NCBI RefSeq assembly: GCF_009914755.1
Contig: NC_060937.1
DNA length: 64,000 nucleotides
Direction: 5' to 3' (one strand)
DNA from: the human T2T-CHM13v2.0 reference genome, Homo sapiens
Below, piece after piece: positions 15,096 through 31,645 of this stretch. Both the position numbers and the translations under genes were made by a program. The number at the start of each line of letters is the position of its first letter. The first letter of the stretch is position 1. Under the pieces are notes generated by a model. The model ran no database searches, was not told the DNA's origin, and was given only the letters and a program-made list of their open reading frames with translations.

Positions 15096-15176
15096 TAGAT
15101 AGGTAGATAGGTAGGTAGGTAGGTAGGTAGGTAGGTAGGAAGGAAGATAGATAGAGACACACAGATACACACACAC
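15096..15176. repeat. Compound microsatellite (TAGA/TAGG)n-(GGAA)-(CA)n
   Basis: tagataggtagataggtaggtaggtaggtagg...acacacac seen directly. Confidence 0.9.
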
Positions 15177-16377
15177 AAATACTTCCTTGTTCTACTCGTT
15201 AAGAGTACCTCACAGCAATGTCACGTTGATTGCAATGATCATGACTATCTCGCAGATCCTGGTTTTCAAATATCATTCTCCAATAAAAATAATGAGGACT
15301 CCTTGGATAAATGGATGGTTCCAGGGCCTGGGTAGGGAAACTACAACATCTGCCTAGAATATTTTTTTCCAGAAAGTAAATGCTTTCTCAAAGAATGTTA
15401 GATACAGGTGGAAAGCACCCAGGGGCCAAACTGAAGAAGCTCCAAATGTACACACCTGGCACAATTTGAGTATCAGAAATTAGTAAATACAGTAGAAGAT
15501 CATAATGTGCTTAATAAAGTAGGAATCTATGAACCTAAACTGATATAAGGAAATGAATCAATGAGAGAAAAGGGAAGCTCTTCCTTGCAATAAACAAAAA
15601 AATGTACAAAAAAGAAGAGGTTGGAAAGTCACTAAATTGTAGGTATAATAATAATAATTGCTTCAGCCAAAAATGATGAATATGTGCTACCACTAATGGG
15701 TAATATTTTGATGAGGGGCATCATAATGACATAGTGTCAAAGTGTTACCCACTAATTATTTATTAATTACCAAAAGAGAAAGCATGAATTTTACAGTGGA
15801 TAAATGTTGTGTTCAGCACTTTAATCAAATTATTAAAGTTATTATCAATATTGGGTTAAAATGACACCATGTGCCTCCTGACATGATGTACTAAGAAGGC
15901 TACACATGACCTCTATGGCATTCTTGCCAAAAGGACATAAACTCCTCTAATTATGAGAAAACAATGGGATACTCAATATGAAGGAGAGTCCAAAAAGAAA
16001 TGGCCTTTCCTCTTTGAAAATTTTAAGGGGAAGAATGACAAATAAAAGCAGAAAAAAGACATAATTCATATTAGAGACTAAAGCAATATGACAGTATGGC
16101 AACTAAATGCAGGAACATGGACCGGATTCAAGACTGGATCCTGTACTGGGAAAAACTATGGAGGACATAATGAGGACATAATGAGAATGATTTATGTTAG
16201 TATTAAATTTTTTGATTTTGGTTTTGATAATTATTGTGTGATTGAATATGAAAATTTCCTTGTTCTTAGGAAACAATGTATACACTAGAGTGTATATGGG
16301 TGAGAAAGAATGAGTAAATAGAGCAAAATGTAAATAATTAGTTTATCTTGGTGTATTAGTCAGGGTTCTCTTAGAGG

Positions 16378-17446
16378 TATCGGGGAACCTGCCCTGATAG
16401 TCATGTAGGTTCTTTTCTATTTTCCCTAGGCATCAGCCAGCTTGAGAAATAAAGGGACAGAGTACAAAAGAGAGAAATTTTAAAGCTGGGCATCCGGGGG
16501 AGACATCACATGTCGGTAGGTTCCGTGATGCCCCACAAGCCATAAAACCAGCAAGTTTTTATTAGGGACTTTCAAAAGGGGAGGGAGTGTACGAATAGGG
16601 TGTGGGTCACAGACAGCAAGTACTTCACAAGGTAATAGAATATCACAAGGCAAATGGAGGCAGTGTGAGATCACAGGACCACAGGACTGGGATGAAATTA
16701 AAATTGCTAATGAAGTTTCAGGCACCATTGTCATTGATAACATCTTATCAGGAGACAGGGTTTTGAGAGCAACCGGTCTGACCAAAATTTATTAGGTGGG
16801 AATTTCTTCTTCCTAAGAAGCCTGGGAGTGCTATGGGAGACGGGGGTCTATTTCACCCCTACAGTCTACAGACCATAAAAGACAGCCACGCCCAGGGGGG
16901 CCGTGTATAGACCTACCCCCAGGCACGTATTCTCTTTCCCAGGGATGTTTCTTGCTGAGAAAAAGAATTCAGCGATATTTCTCCCATTTGCTTTTGAAAG
17001 AAGAGAAATATGGCTCTGTTCTGCCCAGCTCACCGGCAGTCAGAGTTTAAGGTTATCTCTTGTTTCCCAAACATTGCTGTTATCCTGTTCTTTTTTCAAG
17101 GTGCCCAGATTTCATATTGCTCAAACACACATGCTCTACAATTTGTGCAGTTAAGACAATTATCACAGGGTCCTGAGGCAACATACATCCTCCTCAGCTG
17201 ACAGGATTAGGAGATTAAAGTAAAGACAGGCCTAGGAAATCACAAGGGTATTGATTGGGGAAGTGATAAGTGTCCATGAAATCTTTACAGTTTTATGTTC
17301 AGAGATTGCAGTAAAGACAGGCATAGGAAATTATAAAAGTATTAATTTGGGGAACTAATAAATGTCCATGAAATCTTCACAATCCATGTTCTTCTGCCAT
17401 GGCTTCAGCTGGTCCCTCCGTTTGGGGTCCCTGACTTCCCACAACA
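16378..17446 (-). mobile_element. MER11 solo LTR (HERV-K11/HML-8; 1069 bp, MER11C-like by length)
   Basis: Reverse complement starts tgttgtgggaagtcagggaccccaaacggagggaccagctgaagccatggc. Exact 6-bp TSD tagagg at 16372-16377 and 17447-17452. Confidence 0.93.
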
Positions 17447-17468
17447 TAGAGGGACAGAACTAATAGGA

Positions 17469-17876
17469 TATATATATATGTGTATATATGTATATAAATA
17501 TACACATATATATATCCTATTATATATAAAATATATATATACTATTATATATAATATATATCCTATTATATATAATATATATCCTATTATATATAATATA
17601 TATATCCTATTATATATAATATATATCCTATTATATATAATATATATATCCTATTATATATAATATATATCCTATTATATATTATATATCCTATTATATA
17701 TGATATATATCCTATTATATATTATATATCCTATTATATATATAATATATATATCCTATTATATATATAACATATATATCCTATTATATATATTATATAT
17801 ATCCTATTTATATATATCCTATTATTATATATAATAATATATATCCTATTATATATAATATGAATGTATATATATG
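17469..17876. repeat. AT-rich minisatellite, about 16 units of roughly 20 bp with core tatatcctattatata
   Basis: 15 copies of cctatt plus one actatt variant, separated by variable (TA)n spacers. Confidence 0.93.
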
Positions 17877-18486
17877 AGTTTATTAAGTATTAACTTACAC
17901 AATCATAAAGTCCCACAATACACTGCCTGCAAGCTGAGGAGCAAGGAGAGCCAGTCCGAGTGAGTCCCAAAACTTGGAGTCTGATGTTGGAGGGCAGGAA
18001 GCATCCAGCATGAGAGAAAGATGCAGGCTGGGAGGCTAGGACAATCTCTCATTTTTACATTTTTCTGTCTGCTTTATATTCCCTTGAAGCTGATTAGATT
18101 GTGCCCACCAGATTAAGGGTGGATCTGCCTTCCCCAGCCCACTGATTCAAATGTTAATCTCTTTTGGCAACACTCACACAGAAACACCCAGGATTAATAC
18201 TTTGTATCCCTCAATCCAATAAAGTTGACACTCAGTATTAACCATCACACTTGGCAAAAGTTATATTAGTGTCTACAGTCTGTATAATTTTTGCAAATTT
18301 TCTATAAATTTGAAATTATATTGAAATACATAGGTAAAAATGCACACCTAACTTTTTCCATTGCTAATTATATAGTGTTGGTTCTGGAGAATGATGACTA
18401 ATATATCATTAATCCTAAAACTTTGAAAAAAAAAGGCAGCTTACCTTCTTAGAAAACTAAAAATACATTAATTAAAGAAAATTAGC

Positions 18487-19376
18487 AGGTTTTTCAGTTT
18501 CCATGTAGTTGTGCAGTTTTGAGTGAGTTTCTTAATCCTGAGTTCTAATTTGATTGCACTGTGGTCTGAGAGAATGTTTGTTATGATTTCCATTCTTTTG
18601 CATTTGCTGAGGAGTGCTTTACTTCCAATGATGTGGTCAATCTTAGAATAAGGGGGATGAGGTGCTGAGAATTATGCATATTCTATCGATTTGGAGTGGA
18701 GAGTTCTGTAGATGCCTATTAGGTCTGCTTGGTCCAGAGCTGGGTTCAAGTCCTGAATATCCTTGTTAACCTTCTGTCTCATTGATCTGTCTAATAGTGA
18801 CAGTGGAGTGTTCAAGTCTCCCACTATTATTGTGTGGGAGTTTAAATCTCTTTGTAGGTCTCTAAGAACTTGCTTTTTGAATCTGGGTGCTCCTGTATTG
18901 GGTGCATATATATTTAGGATAGTTAGCTCTTCTTGTTGCATTGATCCCTTTACCAATGCAACTTCAATGTAATGCTCTTCTTTGTCTCTTTTAATCTTTG
19001 TTGGTTTAAAGTCTTATCAGAGGCTAGGATTGCAACCATGCTTTTTTCTCTTTTTTTTTTTTTTTTGCTTTCCATTTACTTGGTAAATATTCCTCCGTCC
19101 CTTTATTTTGAGCCTATGTGTGTTTTTGCATGTGAGATGGGCCTCCTGAATAGAGTACACTGATGGGTCTTGACTATCCAATTTGCCAGTCTGTGTCTTT
19201 TAATTGGGGCATTTAGCCCATTTACATTTAAGATTAATATTGTTATGTGTGAATTTGATCCTGTCATTATGATGCTAGCTGGTTATTTTGCCCATTAGTT
19301 GATGCAGTTTCTATCATAGTGTCGATGGTCTTTACAATTTGATATGTTTTTGCAGTGGCAGATACTGGTTGTTCCT
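18487..19376 (-). mobile_element. Inverted 5' segment of an L1PA7-type insertion (ORF1 end, spacer, ORF2 endonuclease start)
   Basis: The minus-strand ORF 18672-18956 (MVKGSMQQEELTILNIYAPNTGAPRF…) is the L1 ORF2 endonuclease domain. The segment ends at the antisense ORF1 3' end (gcagtggcagatactggttgttcct). Confidence 0.93.
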
Positions 19377-22642
<3,266 letters not shown>

Positions 22643-24529
22643 GAAAATTAGCTAAATCCATTATGACAGAGGAAAACTGAGTCATTATGAATCTTTTAGA
22701 TCTAGAACTTTACAGTTCTTTAAGCACACCATTTACTAAAGTCTTTACCTGCCATGGGTACACTGTTTTGTAGTTTATTTAAAGATAAAAATAAATGCAT
22801 TTAATGTGATGGTGTGGGGGAATGATCACAGAAGAGAATACTAAGCACTAAGAAGAAATTTAAATATTGTATGTTACTATGTACTCAGAAAAATTTTGAC
22901 AATAAATACTCTAAATGTTGTAATTAAAAACTATTGAATATTGATATTATATAGGAGGTTGATATAAATATCAATATTAAAATAATTACTTTTCAGAAAA
23001 TCACTACATTTAATACTTTTGACCTCCATTCCTTTTCATTTAAACTTTTTGGTTTTCATTTGAGATTGTTTTATTTAAATTTATGAACACTTTCTTCATC
23101 TGCAGTACAGCAAATTTTCTTGCTGTATTTCAGGGACAGAAGCATACATTTAGATTTGGTGGCAGAGTTGGTTTACCTCTGGCCATATAAGTAAAAAATA
23201 TCTGTTCTGCTTAAAACATAGCACTTAATATTACTGTTAATATTTCAATTATGAATATATACTGAGTGATTTACAGATTAGCTCTTTTTGATAAAAGTGT
23301 ATTGATAAAATCATGAGTGCTCATTAATCATGAATTTATTTCATAATATAAATGTGAATTCAATCTTAAGGTAAATTTTAATGCACTTTTAAATATCATC
23401 TGACATACATTTTGAGGTTCATTTTATGTTTAAGGAAATACCTTTTCTGTTCATATTTGCCATCATATTTACACTCACATCCTTCCAAATCCTTAATTTT
23501 TGCTGACTGGGACAAATTAGTCTGACTCAAAATATTTTATTTACTACTTTAAATATATTTAAATGTTTTTAAAAATATATTTTAAAAACCTTAAAAGTAT
23601 AATTATGCTCAAATAAGAAATCTGTTCCCATTCTATATGGCAGTTAAATTGTTTGGTTTCCTATAAAAATTTGGCCAAATTATTTGCTAAATTGTTTTTG
23701 CCAAATTGAATAATTTGGAGGTTTTGAATAATCAGAGGTTTTTGAAAATACTTATATCAGAAATTAAAACTAAGAGATGAAATTTAATAGTTTAATATAT
23801 ATTTATATTTATTTATTGATTTGAATTTATATTTAAATATATAAGAGAAATATACATATATCTCTCTTACTCCCAAGGCAAATTAAAATTTTCTAAATTG
23901 TGTTTGCCAGTAACTTTCCAATAAATCAAATTAATATCTAAATTACTATTAGAAATCCCTATTTTTAATTTTCTTTTATTAAAAATTTTTGAGATCTCTG
24001 TTTTCAAAGGACCAAAAACTTTTTGATCTGATTGCCTTTCATCTGTGAAACTCAATTATGGTTCTATCATTGGGAATCAGGAAAGTTATTCCCTGAATGA
24101 CAATATGGGTCAAGATCACCTTTATGCTTGTTAGAGATGATGCTCATCCAGAGACCTTTAGCTTAATGACCCAGCTTCTTGTGCATAAGTTACAGTCTGG
24201 GACTGCTGCAGGAACTTAAGAAGCTTCATTATTCTTTTAGGCCACAGGGGAAACATTAAATTAACAAAAAAGGAAGGAAAAAACCAAAATATCATGTCAA
24301 TAACCACAAAGAGGCTCTAGCCTGTTGCATTTCTAGTACCTTAGCTATGAAATACCACATGGAGTTGTGTTTTGGTAAATTTTGTGTAACTTCTGCTGTC
24401 ATTTAACTTTTCAACATGTCTAAATCTATTACATAGTATTTCATAGTAATAACTTTTTTGAAGTTAGAAAATTATTATGTCATACTCATATTCTGAGCTC
24501 CAGTTGCCTTCACTGCAAAGTAGAAGCTG

Positions 24530-24940
24530 GCTCTAATATGGCTGAGGATGAATCCCAGGATTGAAAGTCTGAATCTCAAGAGAGAAATGAGAGGTAAAGC
24601 CATGAATTTGGATGTCATGGTGATTGGTAAAAAATGACATGGGTGGGGGTCATCCAAGGAGTGTTTTTAGAATCAGAAATCCAGAAAGCTGAAGATGAGG
24701 CCTTTGAATCACTGAAGCAGAGCAGCAGATGTCGTAGATGAAAATGGAGAGAACAGCATTCTGAATAGATAGAATGCATTCAACAGTCAAGTGACAAATG
24801 GAGCAGAGAGCCCAATCATCAGGCATATTTAAGAGTTGATTGTTGTTTCCGCAATTAGAAGATCAGTGGATACTTCAAAAGAAAAACATTTCAGTGATAA
24901 ACTGTGGATGAAACTGAAAGTTTGGGTATTAATTGCAATA
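24530..24940 (-). mobile_element. L2 relic
   Basis: Purine-rich tgaatctcaagagagaaatgagagg...gaatttggatgtcatgg resembles antisense L2. Confidence 0.5.
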
Positions 24941-25599
24941 GAAAACATGGTAGACAGCCACTGTCCCAAGTTTTCCCAGTGTCCCCTGCCATCCCCGCTG
25001 CCCTCTATGCTCCACAGAACTCAGTGACATCCCCAGGATCCAGTAACTAAAAGGACACTCTTAGCTCAATAGGTGCTTCAGGCCCTTACTCAGGCTCTTG
25101 TACCCATGGTGCCATACTGATTATTCAATAATTTTCATAACACCCCTACAGAAGAACACAAGGTTAAAGGAAGTAATGTGTTTTGTTTCGTTTTGTTTCT
25201 TGATCTTGTTTTTAAGAGGAGAAATATTATGCATGTTTACAGAGTGAAGGGAAGAGTTGAGTAGAGATGTAAATGTTAAAATCAAGGAGAAAAGGGATGA
25301 GAGAAGAACCCAGGGTGCACAGAAGTAGACAATAACTTTGAGTGGGGAGAAGACAGCCTGGAATAGATGAAAAGATTGGAAATGAATATGGACAACTTTG
25401 TACCTTGGTGGGTAGGAAGGTGACAAATTCCCTACGCTGGGGCTTCTATATTTTCCCTGAGTTAGGAGGCACTGTCGTCGCTATGCAAGGGACAGCAGCA
25501 GGTCAGAAGCTCAGGGAGAATGGTAAACATCTTCCATAAGGAATGTGAGACAATTGTTCTTTCTACTTCTATTACAGAGTAGAGTTTAAGCTAGGAATA

Positions 25600-26175
25600 A
25601 AATACTAGTGTATGTTTCATTTTCCTAGTTTTTAAAAATGTATCTCAAGAGCACTCAAAATAACATCATGAAATAGAGCCCTGAACCGTGTTTCCCATGC
25701 TCCTACATACGTATATACTCATAATAAGGTTTTTGTTAAGGATAGTATTTATAAAAATATGATTACTCTGTATACTGCACACATTAAACTCTATTTTCTT
25801 CCTCAACAGCATGTAGTAGTCATTCCAGTGAGCTAATGTGTAAATATCTAACTCACATTTTTTGGTAATTTCATAATATTCAATAATATGCTTTTGCCAA
25901 ATTGATTCTGTCATTTCCATCTTAATGAACACTTGTTTATTTATTTAGTCCCACATTACAATGCATAGTAAATAACAGCATCTATCTTTATAAACATATT
26001 GGGATTTCATTAAGGATTGCTCAGATTTTAAAATTTATATTCATATTTCTTGGAATTTCAGTATGATAACAGACATTTTCCAAAGGGTTCTAGTAATTTA
26101 CACCCTCACTGGCAATCCATGAAAACCCATTTCTCTGCCTCCATATCAGCACTGAACAATATTATTTTGCAACCG
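25600..26175 (-). mobile_element. Ancient L1ME 3' fragment
   Basis: cataatattcaataatatg...atgaacacttg...ttttccaaagggttctagtaatttacaccctcactggcaa. Confidence 0.6.
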
Positions 26176-26959
26176 CTTTGGAGTAGAGGGTAGAATAGTA
26201 GGGCTAGTACTCTCTTTTTATGTACATAACATTGAAAGTTAATCACCTGTAGTTAACAGGTGGTTAATGTTATATATTTTAAAAATGTAATATTTTATAT
26301 GTAATATTAAAAAAAATTATCAAGCAAATTGTTCAGAAAGAGTTTCCTGACTATAGAGAAAATAAGCTGGTTCAAACAGTCCTTCATCCTGCAATGCTTT
26401 GGGAGGACAATCCAGTTTTTCTGTTTAGGAACCTTTGCATACCCATTATCCTACTGTGTTGGCCTGGGGCTGAAATAAGAGCTTTAGAAATGTGAGAAGA
26501 CGTAATCATTTCAATTAATATGAATTATAAGTCATGAAAAGAAGGATGACTAATAATTTTTTTTCAAATTGTATCATTCAGTATCATCAACAAGGTCTCA
26601 GAATTTACTAATACCAAGTTCATACGCAATTCCATGGCAATGCTGTTAGACATCATGGCAACGAAGGCATCTATCATGGTCTGGAACTTGCTTTTTATAA
26701 TTACTCTTCTAGATTCTTCTTTCCTTATGCACTAGCAATGAGGAATTAGTCACAATTCCTAAGATCTACATATACATTCCTTTTTGTAATAATTCAAACT
26801 ATGTGAATGAATTAGACTTCGTTTCCCCCATCCCTGGCTGTGAAAGCTCTATTTAACTGACAGGGTCCAGCTTAATGGCAACTCTTTACTGAAGTGCTTC
26901 AACATTAAAAAAAAATTTTCTACTTTTTTCAATGAAATATTATATTTTTTATTATCACC

Positions 26960-27117
26960 ATACTTACACATTTTTGTCTCTCCTACTAGATTTAGAAGTT
27001 TTGAGATCCGGCACTTTGACTTATTCATCTTTCTCTTTAGCAACCATCTGTATTATCTGACACTTAGCTCAGTGCCTGATACATAGGAGATACTCAATAA
27101 CAGTTGAATTAATGAAA
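26960..27117 (+). mobile_element. L2 3' end relic
   Basis: tgtctctcctactagat...gctcagtgcctgatacataggagatactcaataacagttgaattaatgaa. Confidence 0.65.
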
Positions 27118-29173
27118 GTATATGTGGATGATGTAGTAGGCTAGCTAAATCAGGTTAGGGAAGGTGCAGCTGTCAATGTCCATCTCTGGTTATAAATCCT
27201 GGGAAAACTGTATTAACGGTTTGAGGATATAATGAAGCTTGCAGTCAGTCAGAATGCCCTTTCTTAAAACCTTCTGAGAATAAAACAGGCCGATTGATTA
27301 CACAAACAAAATATGAGACTACAAGGGAAACTGGCCCTGTTTGTTCCCCTCCCCTGCAAGTTAATCACATTTGACCATGTAATTTCATACTTACAATGCA
27401 TTTTCTATTTACGCCATACCAGATATGCTACTGGAGGCACTTTACTTAATTTTTAAAATTTCTAATGCTAGCACACAATGACATAAGTTCCTATTTTTAT
27501 TTTTTATTTTTAAAAAAACATGTTTAGATCTTTAAATATTTACAAACATTCAGGTATCCATTTTAAACACTTGGGACATATTCCTGAATTACGGTTAACT
27601 ATTATATTGATTAGAAAAATGCTACTGGTAACAGTACAATGTGAGTCTAGAAAAATGTGTCTCATTTTTAATGCTTTGTTAGTATACTGTCTTTCATCTC
27701 ATAACTGTGGATATATCCCTGAGAACCAGAAAAAATGAAATAATAATACTTTGAATTGATTGTTAGCTACTATTTCTGGAATTGTAAAATATATGATTTT
27801 TTTTTTATTTTTCAAAGAGCGTGAAAGCTAGTTTCACTGCAGATGCTAATACATAGAGAGCAATTTATATATGAATTCCGAAGGGGCCTGGAGGGAAGAG
27901 CTTTTTCACACAGACAGATGAATTAGGATACTTAGCTGACAGGGTCATCACTACATTTCTTATCGGAAATTCTACTGCAGGGCTAGAAAATATTTTTTAA
28001 AAATCCTCAAGTAGGCTGTAGCATTCAATGAATCATGTCATAAATTGAATGGAAAGAGAATCTGAGCATGTCTTGCAGAATATGGAGTGAGAAAGAGACC
28101 TGCAACATCAGGCATGCTAGATAAAGAAAAATATCTTAGGCCAGCAAAGAGGTCTTTTGGGTTCGAGGTAGAAAATTGAATCGTTACGTTTAAGAGAGTG
28201 CTTCAGTAGCATTTTACATAAAAAATTCATCTGTTTTTCAAAGTAATATACGTGCTAAATGCTGTTTATGTCTTCTTCGTTCTGTTGCCCCACTTAATGA
28301 TTATAGATAGAAATTCAATCATTGTAGAAGTAGTCAGCTTTAACAAGGTGGCCAATGAATAACATTAATGGTATTTGCTCTTTGCAAATAAATAAGAAGG
28401 CATTGGATTTATATTGGTAATTTAGACTAGCTTAGAAAACCAACTGAAAAAAAAGGAAGAAAGGAAAAATGAGGGAAATAAGAACAGAAGAAAGGATGGG
28501 AGGAAGGAAGAAAAGAAAGCAAGTGGGCTATCTCAAGTAGAACAAACACAAGTACAACTGACAAACTATTTCAGTGAGTCTTGGAGCATATGGGCAGTTT
28601 GAGGTTCTATTTAATGTGTCAAGATGTACTGTGTTTTTGAGATATTTTAGTCAACTGGACTTAGTAGTGATTCACACTCTCCACAGCATCATAAAAGTTT
28701 CAGTTTGTGCCAGGGAAGATAAACTATTTTGAAGTAAGTTTGAATTTCAATTCTACCTTTTCCCCATATCTGCATAGACACGGCTTTATTGTAGTACAGG
28801 AATTTTGACACTTTCTTTGGTTTTTGTCCATGCCATGCAACTCTTAAGTCTTACAGAATTAAACCATGTTCTACCATTCAAGAAGGGTTTCTTTTCTAGT
28901 TCATAAATATTTGGGTTTAGAGCAAAGGAATGAGAACATATACTTAGAAACAAGGCAATTCATTTGACATTTATCTGATTGATGGCATAAAAGAAATAAA
29001 GGAGAGGTAAAGAGTGAAAGAATGAAACATTTTATTTCAAAAGCTTATCATTAAATATATGTTGTCCTTAAATGCTTAAAAATTCTATAATTTGAATTGT
29101 GCTTCTCTAATATTGAACACTGATATTTTTAAGGAAACTCACAGGGCAAACTAGATGCTTAAGAATGTTATTT

Positions 29174-29483
<310 letters not shown>

Positions 29484-29859
29484 TTATTTAATTTCTATTC
29501 TCAGTAACAGCCTACATTTTAGTTTTATGCATGTTGTTTAAGATTTCTAAAACATCTGATCTGAGGCAAATATTGAAAATGAGACGCGCTCTTTAAAGTT
29601 GAATTATCTTTCAGGATACATTTTATTTTATTATTCAGATAAATGGAATCCTTTTAATACCCTAAAATGAAAATAGTTTAACAATATGAATTGTCTTTTT
29701 TGTTACGAGTCATGTGATTTTAATTGGCAATATTTCAATGACTGTTTTACTTTTAGCATCTAAGTATCTCCTTTTTTTCTATTTTTAACGGTTATTTGAA
29801 TAATCTGCCATAGCCATGAATGTTAACTGACTGTGTAACAAGTCACAATTTTAGAATTG

Positions 29860-31030
29860 TATTCTAAACTTTTGCTGAGCAACGATTTTGTCTGTGCTAC
29901 ACACCAGAAGAAACATAAAACTTGATTAATGATCCTCATGTTTCTAAGTATTTATAGTCACCGCTCTAAGAAAGACAAATATACACACAAAATTACAAAT
30001 AAGCCAAAATATTAAACTTTCATAATGGAGATATAAACATGTATTACAGATTCATGAGGGAGGGAGAATATGTTGGATGAAATATCACATTAAAAGTGAG
30101 TCACTGGAATCTAGCCACAAAAGTAGTCAAGTTGGTCAGTATGTGAAGGATCAGGGACACTACAGGAAGAGGGACAAACATGAACACAGCTGCTGAAATG
30201 TACAAAGGTGTGATATATGTATGTAATGGCAAATAAACTAGTATTGTCTGGGGTCTTGGGAAGCTTGGCAAAAACAGAGGAAAAATAAGATTTCCCTCAC
30301 CTTGTAATAGTCTTCAGATACTGTTTTAAAACAACTGAGAAATTACTTATAGAAAATGTGTATACCAGCAAAGCTCTTAAATAGGGGGGTCATAGAGCCA
30401 GAAGACATCTTTTGGAAAACAACTGTAGTGGCTGTATGAAGAGTAGGTGGCTGGCCCAGCAGATTGGAGGAAGGGAGATACCTTTGGATGCATCTGGAAT
30501 GTTTCTAGGGAAGCATAAGCTTTCCAGATGCAATGTTAAAGAAAAGGGGGAAACAGCTGCCAAAGTAAAATGTAGCTCCTGTTGCGGTGACTTGATCACT
30601 AACTGGTATAAGAAGTAAGAGAGCATATGAAGGATTAAAGATGAATGTGAACACCAAGCCTTCAAGGTTCAGTGGCTTCAGGGATAGTTATGCCTTTAAT
30701 AGATAAAGAACACAGGATGAGGATTGGGTCTGTGAACAAAACTATTTTAGGTATGGGAAAATAATGTATATTTGAGAGTTTTGCGTTTATCTGATGTGAA
30801 GTCTCATGGTAGATGAGATTTTACCAGGACAGGAGGTAAAGGATAAGAGAATGGAACAGATGCTCCAGCAAAGTGCAGTGAGAAAGAATGAAAGGGATGT
30901 ATGGAAAATGATATGAAAATCTTATTTTAGAGATTTTGTAAGAACAGAGTTTAAGGAAAAGGAGTGGTAATCAACAAATTTGGAAATTACATAAAGTCGA
31001 AGAAGGATGAAGATTGAAAAGAGGTTGATG
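29860..31030 (-). mobile_element. L2 relic, fragmented
   Basis: Purine-rich stretch with tctgtgctac...gatcctcatg, tgtaaagggacactacaggaagaggg-like and ttaaggaaaaggagtggtaatcaac antisense L2 motifs. Confidence 0.5.
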
Positions 31031-31049
31031 GATTTGAAAAGCAGATCAT

Positions 31050-31645
<596 letters not shown>

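Larger units (their letters stand above)
16352..18249 (-). mobile_element. MLT2A (ERVL) solo LTR containing a MER11 LTR and an AT-rich minisatellite
   Basis: tgtattagtcagggttctc...tagagggacagaactaatagg...gttgacactcagtattaaccatcaca. TG...CA ends and an exact 5-bp TSD cttgg at 16347-16351 and 18250-18254. Confidence 0.93.
15180..18340 (+). mobile_element. L1MC/L1MD-like 3' UTR, split by the MLT2A/MER11 insertion (parts 15180-16351 and 18255-18340)
   Basis: cagatcctggttttcaaatatcattctccaataaaa...gactccttggataaatgg; resumes after the LTR TSD with ...ttttgcaaattttctataaatttgaaatt. Confidence 0.7.

Noticed and set aside
17215-17385. ~70-bp direct repeat (gtaaagacaggc...gtccatgaaatctt)
   Set aside because: As I recall, it is an intrinsic feature of the MER11 LTR consensus.
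17490-17862. Repeat array resembling CRISPR repeats and spacers
   Set aside because: The spacers are just variable (TA)n rather than unique sequences, there are no cas genes, and the DNA is primate. It is a minisatellite.
23548-23590. AT-only palindromes (tttaaatatatttaaa; gtttttaaaaatatattttaaaaac)
   Set aside because: Expected in extremely AT-rich low-complexity DNA.
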